Shown: positions 20,842 to 31,648 of the stretch, piece after piece | Layout of the letters: each line of letters opens with the position of its first letter | How positions within the stretch are numbered: the first letter of the stretch is position 1 | From: an uncultured Acidobacteriota bacterium | GTDB lineage: Bacteria; Acidobacteriota; Polarisedimenticolia; JACPZX01; DASXTC01 | Assembly (NCBI GenBank): GCA_963806495.1 | Contig: CAWDYA010000007.1 | Coordinates: 371,945-435,944 of the forward strand | DNA: 64,000 nucleotides | Direction of reading: 5' to 3' | The notes under the pieces: model-generated | The model's database searches: none | Told to the model about the DNA's origin: nothing | Seen by the model: the letters and a program-made list of their open reading frames with translations, nothing else | Made by a program: the position numbers and the translations under genes

Positions 20842-21939
20842 TCAGCGAGCGCCGCCATGCATGCGGATGGCCCTTCGCAGAAGCTCTTCGAGGCGATCCA
20901 TGTTGGCCGAAAGGTCGCCTTCCTTCTCCACGAGCGTGCGGTTCACGGGTGCCGCTGCCTTGCGCAACGCGCGATCCTCGATCGCTCGCTCGAGGGCCAC
21001 GCTGAGCGAGACGGCGTCTCCCGGCTCGAAGAACAGCCCCGTCTCGCCCTCACGGATCCATCCCCGGTTGGCCCGGATCCGGCTCACGACGGGAAACAGG
21101 CCGCAGGCCATCGCCTCGAGAAGCGAGGAACTGGTCCCGTCGCTCAGCGAGGCGGAGACGTAAACGTGAGCCGACCGGAGCAAAGCACGCAGGGTGTCGT
21201 GGTCGACCTCTCCGGCGAACGTGACCGACTCGCCCAAGCCGAGTGAGGCGGCCTGCGACCGCCGGCGCTCCAGGTCCGGTCCGCCGCCTACCAGTGTGCA
21301 GCGCAGCGGCGGGCCCGCCCCTTTCAGCCTGGCCAGCGCCGCGACGAGCGTCTCGTTGCCGTAGACCGGCTCCTGCCGGCGGGTACAGACGATGTGGATG
21401 GGCCCGTCTGCCTCGTCTTCGGCCGCTGCGGGAGCGAAGAAGGATGTGTCGACGCCCACGGGGAAGCAGGCGATCTTCTCGGGGGTCACGCCGCAGGCCA
21501 CCAGCTTCTCGACGAGTTCCTCGGAGACGGCGTGCACGAGCCGCGCCCGCCCGCACACGTATCGCATCATCGGCCCATGCAGACGTCCTCCCGGCAGATA
21601 GCCCGCCTGTTCCAGCACGTCGCCACCGCGTGCCGAGACCACCAGCGGCCCCCTCCAGGCGAGGGCGGCCGTCATCCCGTTGGAGCTCAGATAGGTGGCG
21701 AGGACGACATCGGGGGCGAAGCCGGAAAGCAGTCGGCGGACGCGTGGCACCCTGGCGAGGAACCGGAGCGGGCCCGGCATCTCGAAACGGACGGGCCGAT
21801 CGAGGTGGACGACACGGACACCCTCCAGCGGGTTGGGGCTGAACGAGAGCACGAGGACCTGATGGCCGCGTTGCAGGAGCTGGCGGGCGTAGTGTCTGGT
21901 CCAGACAGCGTTGGTATGCGCCACCAGCGCGACCTTCAT
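20842..21939 (-). CDS. Glycosyltransferase family 4 (GT-B, group 1)
   Basis: 365 aa with the C-terminal GT4 'E.GxxxxE' region ('GWIREGETGLFFEP'); immediately downstream of the AsnB-family gene. Confidence 0.8.
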   Translation of the reverse strand: MKVALVAHTNAVWTRHYARQLLQRGHQVLVLSFSPNPLEGVRVVHLDRPVRFEMPGPLRFLARVPRVRRLLSGFAPDVVLATYLSSNGMTAALAWRGPLVVSARGGDVLEQAGYLPGGRLHGPMMRYVCGRARLVHAVSEELVEKLVACGVTPEKIACFPVGVDTSFFAPAAAEDEADGPIHIVCTRRQEPVYGNETLVAALARLKGAGPPLRCTLVGGGPDLERRRSQAASLGLGESVTFAGEVDHDTLRALLRSAHVYVSASLSDGTSSSLLEAMACGLFPVVSRIRANRGWIREGETGLFFEPGDAVSLSVALERAIEDRALRKAAAPVNRTLVEKEGDLSANMDRLEELLRRAIRMHGGAR

Positions 21940-21964
21940 CTCGCGTCACCTCTATGCAGGCCTG

Positions 21965-23881
21965 TCAGCTGAACCTCCGGCCTTCTCCATCGAGGTAGAG
22001 GCGCATCCACAACTCGAGGAAGAAAACCTGCGAAAGCGTGGTCGTGAGATCGCGGTGATTCTCGTAGAATTGATGTTTGAGCCATTCAGTGAACCCAACG
22101 TCGAAGACTCCACGCGAGCGGACACGCGCGGGAGCCAGGGCATCGTACACCTGCTCCTGCAGCGCCCCCCTGAGCCAGGTCTCCAAAGGTGACGCGAAGC
22201 CCTTTTTCTCACGATAGATGCAGTGTCTGGGGATGTACCGTTCCGCAAGCTTCTTGAGGACACACTTCAGACGAGGTCCTTGAATGTGCATGGAAGCGGG
22301 GATCGTCGCCGCCAGCTCCACCAGGCGATGATCGAGGAAGGGGACTCTTGCTTCCAGGGATACGGCCATGCTCATCTTGTCCTGCAGCAGAAGAAGAGTG
22401 TCGACAAGCGTCATGTGAGTGTCCATGTACATAGCCTGATCGACAGGATCGTCCAAGTCCGCAATCCGGCTCCAGTAGCCTTCGAAGGTGTCATCCTGAA
22501 AGGTCGCACGCGTCAGGTCGCAAAATCCAGCGGCGAAAAACGAGCCTGGATAGTCCTGCGGCAGATAGGATGTGGCATTCGCCCAGGAGCGCCTAATGTC
22601 CCCGTGAGCGGTCCTGACGAATCTCTTGGCGATGCGCATCGTATTGGTCACTCGGCTGGTGTGTCGCTCGGGCAGCATCGCAATAAGCGGCTCGATCAGG
22701 CTGGAGCGCACCAAAGAAGGGATCCTCAGGTATCGGCCGTGATATTTTGCGGCGAGATATCGACGATATCCGCCGAACAACTCGTCGCCGCCGAGTCCGG
22801 AAAGCGTGACAGTGACTTGTTTCCTGGCGAACTCGCTCACGGCGAGAGTGAGGAAAGCGGCGTTGTCGCCACACGGCTCGTCGAGATGCCAGACGACCCG
22901 CTCCACGTCTCTCAGCAGATCCTCGGATTTCAGGATCATCTGATGGTGTTTCATCCCATATTGCCGAGCGACTTCCCCGGAATACTGCAGCTCGTTCATA
23001 TAGGCTCCCTCCTCGCCGAAGCCGATGGAGAAGGCCTCGACGGGCTGAGAGCTGAACCGGCACATCATCGCGGCGACGAGTGACGAGTCCACACCCCCGG
23101 ACAGGAAGACGCCGATCGGTACGTCGCTCACCATCCGGATCCGCACCGACTCCTGCAGCATCTCATCCAGGGCGTCCAGAAGTTCCCGCTCCTCCCAATC
23201 TCGCTTGCGATCGAAATGGACGTCCCAGTATCTCCGATCCGCGAAGCCATTCCGATCGAACGTCGCGACATGACCCGCCTCGAGCCTCCGGATTTCCTTG
23301 AAGGTGGAACGCGGCGCCGGCACGGTGGAGAAGTTCATGTAGGCCGCGATCGCATGCGGCTCCAGGCTCAGATCGAGACCGGGTACCCCGAGCAGCGCCT
23401 TGGTCTCCGAGGCGAACAGGAGGCGATTCGGCTGGCAGGCGTAGTAGAGCGGCTTGATCCCGAGACGGTCTCGCGCGAGAACGAGACGCTCCTGCCGCGT
23501 GTCCCACAGAGCTATGGCGAACATCCCGTTGAGGTGATCCACGAAATCGAGCCCGTGATCCTCGTACAGGTGCAGGATGGTCTCACCGTCGCCGCCCGTC
23601 TTGAATACGTGTCCCCTGGAGACAAGCTCCTCCCGGAGCGCGCGATAGTTGTAGATCTCTCCGTTGAAGACGAGCCAGATCGAGTCGTCCTCGTTCGACA
23701 TCGGCTGGGGGCTGCCGGCCAGGTCGATGATGCTCAGTCGCCGGAAGCCGAGCGCCGCTGGCCCGCTGGTGTGAAGGCCGTCGTCATCGGGGCCGCGGTG
23801 CCTGAGCGCCGCGGTCATCCCGCTCACGACCTCGCGCTCGGGCGGGCCGGCAAAGTCGACGATTCCGCAGATGCCGCACAT
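21965..23881 (-). CDS. Asparagine synthase (glutamine-hydrolysing) family amidotransferase
   Basis: 638 aa; N-terminal 'MCGICGI' Ntn glutaminase motif, 'SGGVDSS' PP-loop; the class that commonly accompanies polysaccharide loci. Confidence 0.85.
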   Translation of the reverse strand: MCGICGIVDFAGPPEREVVSGMTAALRHRGPDDDGLHTSGPAALGFRRLSIIDLAGSPQPMSNEDDSIWLVFNGEIYNYRALREELVSRGHVFKTGGDGETILHLYEDHGLDFVDHLNGMFAIALWDTRQERLVLARDRLGIKPLYYACQPNRLLFASETKALLGVPGLDLSLEPHAIAAYMNFSTVPAPRSTFKEIRRLEAGHVATFDRNGFADRRYWDVHFDRKRDWEERELLDALDEMLQESVRIRMVSDVPIGVFLSGGVDSSLVAAMMCRFSSQPVEAFSIGFGEEGAYMNELQYSGEVARQYGMKHHQMILKSEDLLRDVERVVWHLDEPCGDNAAFLTLAVSEFARKQVTVTLSGLGGDELFGGYRRYLAAKYHGRYLRIPSLVRSSLIEPLIAMLPERHTSRVTNTMRIAKRFVRTAHGDIRRSWANATSYLPQDYPGSFFAAGFCDLTRATFQDDTFEGYWSRIADLDDPVDQAMYMDTHMTLVDTLLLLQDKMSMAVSLEARVPFLDHRLVELAATIPASMHIQGPRLKCVLKKLAERYIPRHCIYREKKGFASPLETWLRGALQEQVYDALAPARVRSRGVFDVGFTEWLKHQFYENHRDLTTTLSQVFFLELWMRLYLDGEGRRFS

Positions 23882-23977
23882 GGTCGCGGGTCAGGCCTCC
23901 GCTGGAGGGTTTCAAGGAAGGCATCAATATAGCGTCCCCCGGAACGGGCGCGCCAATGGATAAAGGCCGGTGCCGCC

Positions 23978-24793
23978 TCAGCGTGTGTGTTGTTCGAGGA
24001 AGGCGATGGTCTTCGGCCAGGCGGCTTCGGCCGCCCTCTTGTTGGCGCCGTCACGGCCCGACTGCGCCCGCAGAAAGCCGTGCCCCGCCCCCTCGTAGGA
24101 GAAATGCTCGTAGCTCCTTCCGGCGGCCTTCATCGCCGCGACGGTGGGCTCGATGGTGGCTCCCACCCGGGCGTCGTCGCCGCCGTACAGTCCCAGCACG
24201 GGGGCCTTGATCGCCTCGATGGCCGAGGCCTCCGTCGGCGCGGTGCCGTAGTAGACGACGGCCGCGTCGAGGCCGGGCTGGCTCGCGGCGTAGGCGAAGC
24301 TGCGCGAGCCGCCCCAGCAGAACCCGATCACGGCGCTGTGGCCGTCGGCCGCCGGCAGGCCGAGTCCGTACCGGCGGACGGCATCGAGACGCTTCGTCAC
24401 CTCGTCCTGATCCAGGGCCGCGACCAGCTTGACCCGGTCGTCGCGACTCGCCACCGACTCGCTTCCGCCCCCGGAGGGCCCCTTGCCCGACAGCAGGTCG
24501 GGCGCCAGCGCGATGAACCCCTCGGCGGCTAGCGAGTCGGCCACGCTGCGCACCCAGTCGCTCAACCCGAAGATCTCGTGGATCACGATCACCACCGGCG
24601 CCTTGTCCTTCCGCTCCGGGTAGACCACCCAGGTCTTCACCCCCTCGACATCCACCCATTCGCCGTGGCGCGGCGAGCTGTCGAGCGCGGTCCTGGCGGT
24701 CTCCTCGGCGGGGGGGAGGTTCGGCTTGTCGGTCGCGGCGGCCGTCAGGACGACGGTCAGGCCGAGAGTCAGGATGGTCGCTACCGGTCTCAT
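23978..24793 (-). CDS. Dienelactone hydrolase family protein (secreted)
   Basis: Real part of ORF 23978..25135 from 'MRPVATILTLGLTVVLTAAA' (signal peptide, GGAGGA Shine-Dalgarno upstream); 'VVIVIHEIFGL', 'GFCWGG'. The upstream part of the track ORF is the C-terminus of the neighbouring sulfatase-like gene in the same frame. Confidence 0.75.
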   Translation of the reverse strand: MRPVATILTLGLTVVLTAAATDKPNLPPAEETARTALDSSPRHGEWVDVEGVKTWVVYPERKDKAPVVIVIHEIFGLSDWVRSVADSLAAEGFIALAPDLLSGKGPSGGGSESVASRDDRVKLVAALDQDEVTKRLDAVRRYGLGLPAADGHSAVIGFCWGGSRSFAYAASQPGLDAAVVYYGTAPTEASAIEAIKAPVLGLYGGDDARVGATIEPTVAAMKAAGRSYEHFSYEGAGHGFLRAQSGRDGANKRAAEAAWPKTIAFLEQHTR

Positions 24794-24816
24794 GTTTCCT
24801 CCTTCCTTTCGTGGCG

Positions 24817-26861
24817 TCATTCGATGTAGCCGAGCGACTTCAGGGTGTCGAGAAGTTCCTCGTCCTTCTTGTCCCGATCGCTCGATGCGGTTCCGAGCGA
24901 ATTCACCAGGAAAGTCGTCGAGCCGGCCTGCGAGAAGCCTCAGCAGCTCGGGCTCGGCCGCGGACAAATCCCTCGTCTCGCCCGGATCCTCCTCGAGATC
25001 GTACAACTCGTACGCGTCGGGCGCCGAGGGGCCGAGAACCGTCCTCTCTCTGAAGCCCAGCAGTTCACTCGTCTTGATGTCGTCGGCCCCGAGAGCCGGA
25101 TCGATGCGCGTGGCCCTGGCATGGTCGTGGGGCACCAGGATCAGCTTGTACCGCCCGAGCCGGATCGAGCGCAGCTTGCCCGCCTCGCCCGGGATCGTGG
25201 GAAGGGGGTTCTGCGACAGATAGGACAGGTCCGACTCGCTGAAGATCTCGCGGTTGCCTATGTCACGGGAGGGCGTGCTCGCCTCCCGGAGAGAGCACCG
25301 CCGCGAGGCTCATTCCGTCGCGCTCCGACGCATATCCGATATCGAACATGTCGAGCAACGTCGGCGTGACGTCGATGAGGCTAACGGGCTCATCTATCTT
25401 GCGCCCGTCGGTCTGGCCCGGCAGATGGAACATCAGGGGGATATGCAGACTCTGCTGGTAGACACGGTCGCCGTGGGAGAAGAAGTACCCGTGCTCTCCG
25501 AGGCTCTCTCCGTGATCGGCCGTGACCACGAGAACTGTTCGCCCGCCGGCAGGCCCGTCGGTCGCGGCATCGACCAACCGTTTCACCTGATCGTCGAGAA
25601 AACGCACTTCCCCCGCGTACAGGGAGTCGAGGCGCTCCACCTCCTCGGCGGGCATCGTGTTGTGATGAATCACGTCGCCTATCGTGAGCTTCCCAGATTC
25701 GATCTCGTCGTAAACCGTGAGCGGCTGTCGGGGCGACGGGTCGACCTCATCGCGGTACGGCTCGGGCGGCTCATAGGTCCAGTGCGGGTCCAAGTAGTGG
25801 ACCCAGAGAAAGAACGGCCGGCCCTCGACCGCGTGAAGCATCTCGATCGCGCGGTCGGTGGTGACGTCGGCGACCTCGGACTGCGGGCGGGTGGTGTCAA
25901 AGCGATTGAGAAAGAAGGTCACGGCACGGGGGTGGAGCCTGGCGAGCAGGTCGAGAAGCACCAGGTGCTTGACCTGGCCGCGCAGGCCCAGCCTCCCCTG
26001 GTAGGTGTCGAAGCCCTGCGAGATGCCGCTGCCGCGATCGATGAGGCCGTTTGTCAGGACGGCCGCCGTGACCCACCCACGGCTCCGGAACTCCTCGGCC
26101 AGCGTCCGGTTCGACCAGGCGAGTGTCGAGAACAGGCTCTCGAAACCGTGACGATAAGTGTAGTCACCGGTCATCAGGGAGGAGATCGCCTGAGGCGTCT
26201 TGGGGATCGGCGTGGACGTGTCGAGGAACGCGAACGAACGAGAGGCCAGGGCGTCGAGGCCGGGCGTGCGCGATTTCTCGAGCCCGGGCGGGAGCTCGCC
26301 CTGCCCCCTGAAAGCGCCCAGGGCGTCGGCGCGCAGCGTATCGATCGTGATCAGCAGCACGCTGCGGGCCCCCTCGGGAGGCGTCGGCGCGCCGAGCGCC
26401 ATCCGCGCGCTCAGAAAGGCGGGCACCGAGATCGTCACGACGATCAGCAGTGAGGCGGCGACCCAGGAGATCCGAAGAGGAGCGGTACGCCGGGGCGCGA
26501 GCGCCGCGGTCGCGAGCAGGACGAGCGTCACCACGCCGAGCATCGTCCAGGTCGCTCCCGGGATCCCGAGAACCGGCTGGAGCGCCCGCGATCCTCCCCA
26601 CGCGAGCAACAGCGCCATCAGCGGGATCAGGGCGGTCGGGCCGACACCGAGGCGGCGGGCGAGCAGGGTCCCAGCGAGGAAACCGGCGACGGCGCCGTAC
26701 ACGGCGGCCAGGGCGATCCCCCACCAGGCGAACGTCAGCGAGTCGGCGCGGCTGTCATACAGCACGGGCGACCATCTGGCGAGCCAGATCGCCGCTTCGA
26801 CCGCGCCGAACGCGGCCATGACGAGGCAGGCCGCGGCCGCCGTGAGAAGGGGACGCTTCAC
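24817..26861 (-). CDS. Membrane-anchored sulfatase-like hydrolase/transferase, paralog 3 (two frameshifts)
   Basis: N-terminal 532 aa in ORF 25263..26861 ('LLITIDTLRADALG', 'HYLDPH', 'VTADHGE'). Continues in the frame of ORF 23978..25135 ('RYKLILVP...YELYDLEEDPGE'), then a third frame ending 'DTLKSLGYIE'. Frame changes near 25266 and 24905. Confidence 0.6.
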
Positions 26862-29000
26862 TCGAGTGACTCGACCGCGCGGGCAGCCGCCTCGAGCATC
26901 GGCTGCGCCGAAAGAGGCTCACCCACGGCCTGTCGCATCCAGACGTCGGGTGTGATCGAGCCCAGCCTGCAGATCCGCTCGAACTCGGGCCCGAGGGCGG
27001 GACTCTGCCTGAAGTGGCTCTCGATCTGGAAGGCGATCAGGTGCCCGAGCGGATAGTCGGGCAGATACAGCCCCGCGTCGATCATGTGCGAGTAGACGGC
27101 CAGTATCGGCACGTCCTTCACGCCGAACATCGCGGCGAAATGCCGGTTCCATACGTCCTGGGCGATGGACACGACGGCCTCGCGGAACCGTGCCGGGGAG
27201 GCGTCCGGGTGCTCGTATAGCCAGCGCCATGCCCCCATGTCGACGAGCGCCACGGCGGCGATCTCGCGGGTGGCCCAGAAGGTCTCCAGGGCCTCGAGAT
27301 TCTGCGAGTCGGCGTCCGGCCCGGAGAGGCCCAGAAGCTGCAGATCGCGCGACTGGAAGACGAAGGCGAGCGCCTCCGTGAACGCGGTGTTGGGGACGCC
27401 CTGGAGCAGGGTGTGATCGATCGACGTCACCGAGAAGACCTGTTCGACGTTGTGCCCCATTTCGTGCACGGCGATGTTGTAACCCTTGTAATCCATCCCC
27501 CCTGGTCCGACGCGGGTCCTCAGATGGGCGTCGTCGTCACGGCGGGTGGCTCCGAGCGCGTGGCCCGCGCCGCGCGACGGATCGACCGTGATGTGTTCGG
27601 CGAGGAATGCCGCCTGTTTCACGGTGAAGCCGAGCTCGCGGAACATCCGCGGCATATCGGCGGCATACGCCTCGGCGGTCGGGTACCGCTCGCGCGTGCG
27701 GGCGTCGAGCTCCGACTCGGAGTAGCGGCCCCGCGGCTTGAACCCGACGTACCATATGTCGAACGGCTCGAGAGGTCTGCCGAGCCGTCGCGCGATGAGC
27801 GCCGCGACGCGAGTGCCGAGCGGTGAGGAGAGCACCGACTCGAAGAGCTTCTCGACCTGCTTTTCCGGGATCTCGCGGTCGACGTTGAACCGGCGATCGA
27901 TGAAGGTCGGGTTGTCCGGGTGATACGGGATCCTCTCTACGCACCGCCTCGAACACCGCGATCCAGCGTCGGTAGCGCTCGTCCGGCTCGCGCGCCGTGT
28001 CCGCCACGGCACGTCGTCCCTCCGGCGCGGGCGTGTCCGGGATGGGCGACACCGCCACCGTGTTGGCGTAGGGATCCCAGTCCACGAGGGGGTTGTCGAT
28101 GGCCACGGCCGGTATCTCCTGCCGGACGATGCGTTCCATCACCTTCTGGATCATGCGCTGGCGGGCCAGGCCGTCAGGGTCGGCGTAGCGCGCCTTCAGC
28201 TCGTCGCGCAGCCCCCAGTGAGTGATGAGGCGGAGGCCTTCAGGGAACAGCCGCTGTCCGGAGTCGTCCAGCAGGTGATGCATGAAGATGTTGTACCCGC
28301 TGATGTACGTGTCCGCCGCCGCGAACGCCTCGGCGATCCGCTGGTTCACGTCGGCGGGAACGCGCGAGGAGAATTGCGCGGCGAGCCGTGTCTCGGCCCA
28401 GGCGCGGCGGCTCCAGGAGGCCCCATCGGTCATCCGCTGGTCCAGCGTGGTGAGAGGGAAGTTGAGCAGCACCACGAACGCCAGCTTGTTGCCGAACAGA
28501 TCCTCGGTGACATGGGCGCGAGGGGAGTAGGCGGCGAGGATGCGGTCCACCGGCAGGATCGGCCCGATGTCGAGATCCACGCCGCGGCGCAGGTCACGCT
28601 CCATCGAGGTGAGGTAGCCGCCAATCCGCTCGAAAGAGAACTCGAGCCGGTCGAAGGTGGCGTCGTACAGTTCGCCGCGGGGGATGAACTCGTCCTGGAG
28701 GAACCCGCGAAGCGCCTCCGCATCCCCGTCCGAGGGCCGCCACGCCCTGAGCACCTGCGCGACGCCCTGGTCGATCCGCGCCGCTTCCGCGGGGCCCGCC
28801 GTGTCATGAGCCGCGTGGAGCCGGCGCGCCGCCTGCTCCGCGGCCGCACTCCACGCGGCGCGGTCCTCATCGGGTGCGTCGGTCCTGCCGAATGACCACG
28901 AGGCCCCGGCGAGAAGCAGCCCCGAGGCGAGAGCGAGACGAATCGCTCCGCTGAGGAGCGGCGGAAGGACTGTTCCGAAGACGAGATGGTCGTGGTTCAT
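26858..29000 (-). CDS. Secreted zinc metallopeptidase (HEMGH motif; family unresolved, possibly M2-like) (frameshifted)
   Basis: N-terminal part in ORF 27537..29000 (signal-like start 'MNHDHLVFGTVLPPLL'); C-terminal part in ORF 26858..28012 with 'YNIAVHEMGHNVEQ'. Frames join near 27935-27942. Confidence 0.6.
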
Positions 29001-31648
29001 GGCAGCGTGGCCTCCTGCAGACCGGGAAGGTACAGGGCGTTGAACAGCAGCTTGAACGTCCGGTGAGTCTGCGCACGATGCTGGGCGCGCAGCCCGATGA
29101 GCACCACGCGGCCCTTGCCCACCGTCAGGTCGACGACGGCGGCCCGACGGCGCAGCCGGTCGGCCCCTTTCAGATAGCCGCTCACGAGGATCTGGTCGTC
29201 GTACTCGGGATACCTCGCAACCACGCGCCGCTCGAACCGCGCGTCGGGAAGCCGGGTCTGGAAGGCGGGGGACGTGGCGAAATAGCCGGCATCATCCGGG
29301 AGCATCCCGTATCCGATCGGGTTGTCGGTGTCGACGAGGATCCTCAGCATCGAACCGGGACAGTTGAACTGATCGCGGGTGACCTTCTGCAGGACGTTGG
29401 TCACGGGAAGGTCGAGAAGCTCGATCAGATAGTCGGCCGATGAGTCGAGCGCGACCACCGTGCCTCCCTGCTCGGTCACCCATTTCCTGATGGAGGCGCT
29501 GCCGTCCGGGTCGAGCCCGCCTGCGTATTCGGGCGGAAGGGGAGAGAAGGAGGCGCGCGCCGGTTCGGGCGGCTTGCCTTCCTTGATGATCTCCTTGTCC
29601 AGGTCCGGAAGCAGCAGGACGTCGATCCTGCCCGTGAACGCACCCGCGCGGATCTCCTCGTTCGAGAGGTTGACGTACGTGAACCCGTACTGCTCCAGCA
29701 GCCAGCGGGTCCATCCTTCGTCCATGCTCGCCATCCACGGCTTGTACAGGCCGACACGGACCGGCCGCACGGAGAAGGCCCGGCCGGAGGGGGCCCGGTC
29801 GAGCGGGCGGACCGGAAGATGCAGCTCCGCCGAGAGGCGGCCCAGCTCGGCCCCGCTCGCAGCCCCGGCAGCGATGTAGATGTCACCGGGCGTCGCGCCG
29901 TCGCGCAGCCAGTACACCCTTCGCTTTTCGGCCAGCAGGCGGTTGAGCGCCGTGTAGACACTGTCGGCCGCGTGCGGGATCATCCATCCGCCCGGCGCCT
30001 GCGTGACCGGCCCGCCCGGCCAGGCGGGCGCACGGATCGGCTCGAGACCCGCATCGGGCACCGGGCGCTGTAGCGGGACGACATCGACACCCATCGAGAT
30101 CGGCAGCGACCAGGAGGTCACGTCGTACGGCGGCAGGATGTCGCCGCCCGGCGCGCCCGACACCTCGGGGTAGCGCTGCGGCTCCAGCATGGTCAGGATG
30201 AACTGACGGAACGGCTGCGCCGCCGGTATCACGTAGGAGCCGGCCGGGTAAAGCGTGCGGGTCGCGACGCCGTCCGGGTCGGCCCGGCCCTCCTCCACGG
30301 ACAGCGGTGACGCGGCGATATCCACGCGAACGCCGTGACGCAGCAGCAGCTCAATCATCCCGGCCGCGGCCACCGGGTCGTGCTGGCCGGCCGGCACCAC
30401 GAAGCCGTACGGCGGCTCCGATCGGCCGCGCCGGATCGCCTTCGCTCCCAGGTCATGGAAGCTCTTCAGCAGATCGCTGCGGTACCGGGAGCAGGTCTCC
30501 AGGAGCGCGCGCGTGGCGATCAGCTCGTAGTCGATGATGTCACGCAGCCGCCACCATCCTCCCTCCCAGGGGGTGAGATAGTTGGCGCGGCGGGCGTACT
30601 CGGGCAGCCCCTTGACGCCGCCGCGCAGCTCTCCCGGCTCGATGTAGACCGGCGAGGCGATCCGCACGCTGGCGACCTCGGTCAGCAGCCCCACGATGTT
30701 CTTCCACCATGCGGTGTTGCGTGTTCCGCCTGGCCAGTAGCTGTCATAGATCATGTTGCTGCCCACCCCAGCCTTGCCGGCCTCCTCGAGGCGAAGCGCC
30801 ATCGTCGTGCCGATCAGGTCGGCGTGCCTCAGCACCATCGAATCGATTCCGGGGTCGACGGGGTCGGTCTGCGGCGGGACGAACATCCGCACGCTGCTGC
30901 CGCCCATCTGGTGCTCGTCGAGGAACACCTGCGGGTGCCAGTCGTGATACAGCACGTCGTTGACGACCCGGGTCTCCTTCTGCGTGAGCATGTAGAAGTC
31001 GCGGTTGTCGTCATGACCGACGTAGGGGTGATACAGCCACGGCATCGGCCCCCCCTCGTAGGGCGTGCCGAGATACCTGTCGTACCAGTCCACGACCATC
31101 ACCTGCCCGTCGGGATTGATGGAGGGCATGACGAGCAGGATGACGTCGTCGAGCCAGCGTTTCATGGACGGGTCGTCGGTCGTGGCCACCTGATACGCGA
31201 GCTCCATCGCCATCTGGGTCGAGCCGACCTCGGTCGAATGGATGCTGCAGGTGACGAGGACAATCACCTTCCCCTCGTCGATCAGACGGCTCGCCTCGCC
31301 GTCGGACAGACCCGCCGGATCCGCCAGGCGCGCCGCGATCCGTCTGTAGTGGTCGAGGTCCGCCTGGTTGCTCCGGGATGTCAGAACCACGAGCAGCATG
31401 TCGTTGCCGAGGGTCGACTTGCCCGCGAGCCGCACCGACACCCTGTCCGAGGCGTCGGCGAGCGCGTGCAGATAGGCCACCACCTTCGGGTAGGGAGCGA
31501 GATAACGGTCGGCGCCCACCTTTGCGTGGAGGAAGTCGTCCGGCGAAGGGATCCCGGCCGCCCACGCGTGCGGGGCGCCGAGCAGCAGGGCGGCCAGGAT
31601 CAGGCAGCGCGCCGTGCGCGTCAGCACGTGCCCGCCGGGCCGAGACAT
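28997..31648 (-). CDS. Peptidase M14 (zinc carboxypeptidase-like) family protein, secreted
   Basis: 883-aa C-terminal part of the 1823-aa track ORF, from 'MSRPGGHVLTRTARCLILAALLLGAPHAWA'; 'CSIHSTEVGS' HxxE-type motif. The upstream 940 aa of the track ORF is read-through and is excluded. Confidence 0.7.
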   Translation of the reverse strand: MSRPGGHVLTRTARCLILAALLLGAPHAWAAGIPSPDDFLHAKVGADRYLAPYPKVVAYLHALADASDRVSVRLAGKSTLGNDMLLVVLTSRSNQADLDHYRRIAARLADPAGLSDGEASRLIDEGKVIVLVTCSIHSTEVGSTQMAMELAYQVATTDDPSMKRWLDDVILLVMPSINPDGQVMVVDWYDRYLGTPYEGGPMPWLYHPYVGHDDNRDFYMLTQKETRVVNDVLYHDWHPQVFLDEHQMGGSSVRMFVPPQTDPVDPGIDSMVLRHADLIGTTMALRLEEAGKAGVGSNMIYDSYWPGGTRNTAWWKNIVGLLTEVASVRIASPVYIEPGELRGGVKGLPEYARRANYLTPWEGGWWRLRDIIDYELIATRALLETCSRYRSDLLKSFHDLGAKAIRRGRSEPPYGFVVPAGQHDPVAAAGMIELLLRHGVRVDIAASPLSVEEGRADPDGVATRTLYPAGSYVIPAAQPFRQFILTMLEPQRYPEVSGAPGGDILPPYDVTSWSLPISMGVDVVPLQRPVPDAGLEPIRAPAWPGGPVTQAPGGWMIPHAADSVYTALNRLLAEKRRVYWLRDGATPGDIYIAAGAASGAELGRLSAELHLPVRPLDRAPSGRAFSVRPVRVGLYKPWMASMDEGWTRWLLEQYGFTYVNLSNEEIRAGAFTGRIDVLLLPDLDKEIIKEGKPPEPARASFSPLPPEYAGGLDPDGSASIRKWVTEQGGTVVALDSSADYLIELLDLPVTNVLQKVTRDQFNCPGSMLRILVDTDNPIGYGMLPDDAGYFATSPAFQTRLPDARFERRVVARYPEYDDQILVSGYLKGADRLRRRAAVVDLTVGKGRVVLIGLRAQHRAQTHRTFKLLFNALYLPGLQEATLP

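Noticed and set aside
21965-23881. AsnB homologue as a lasso-peptide cyclase
   Set aside because: No precursor peptide, leader peptidase or PqqD-like partner nearby; the context is glycan biosynthesis.
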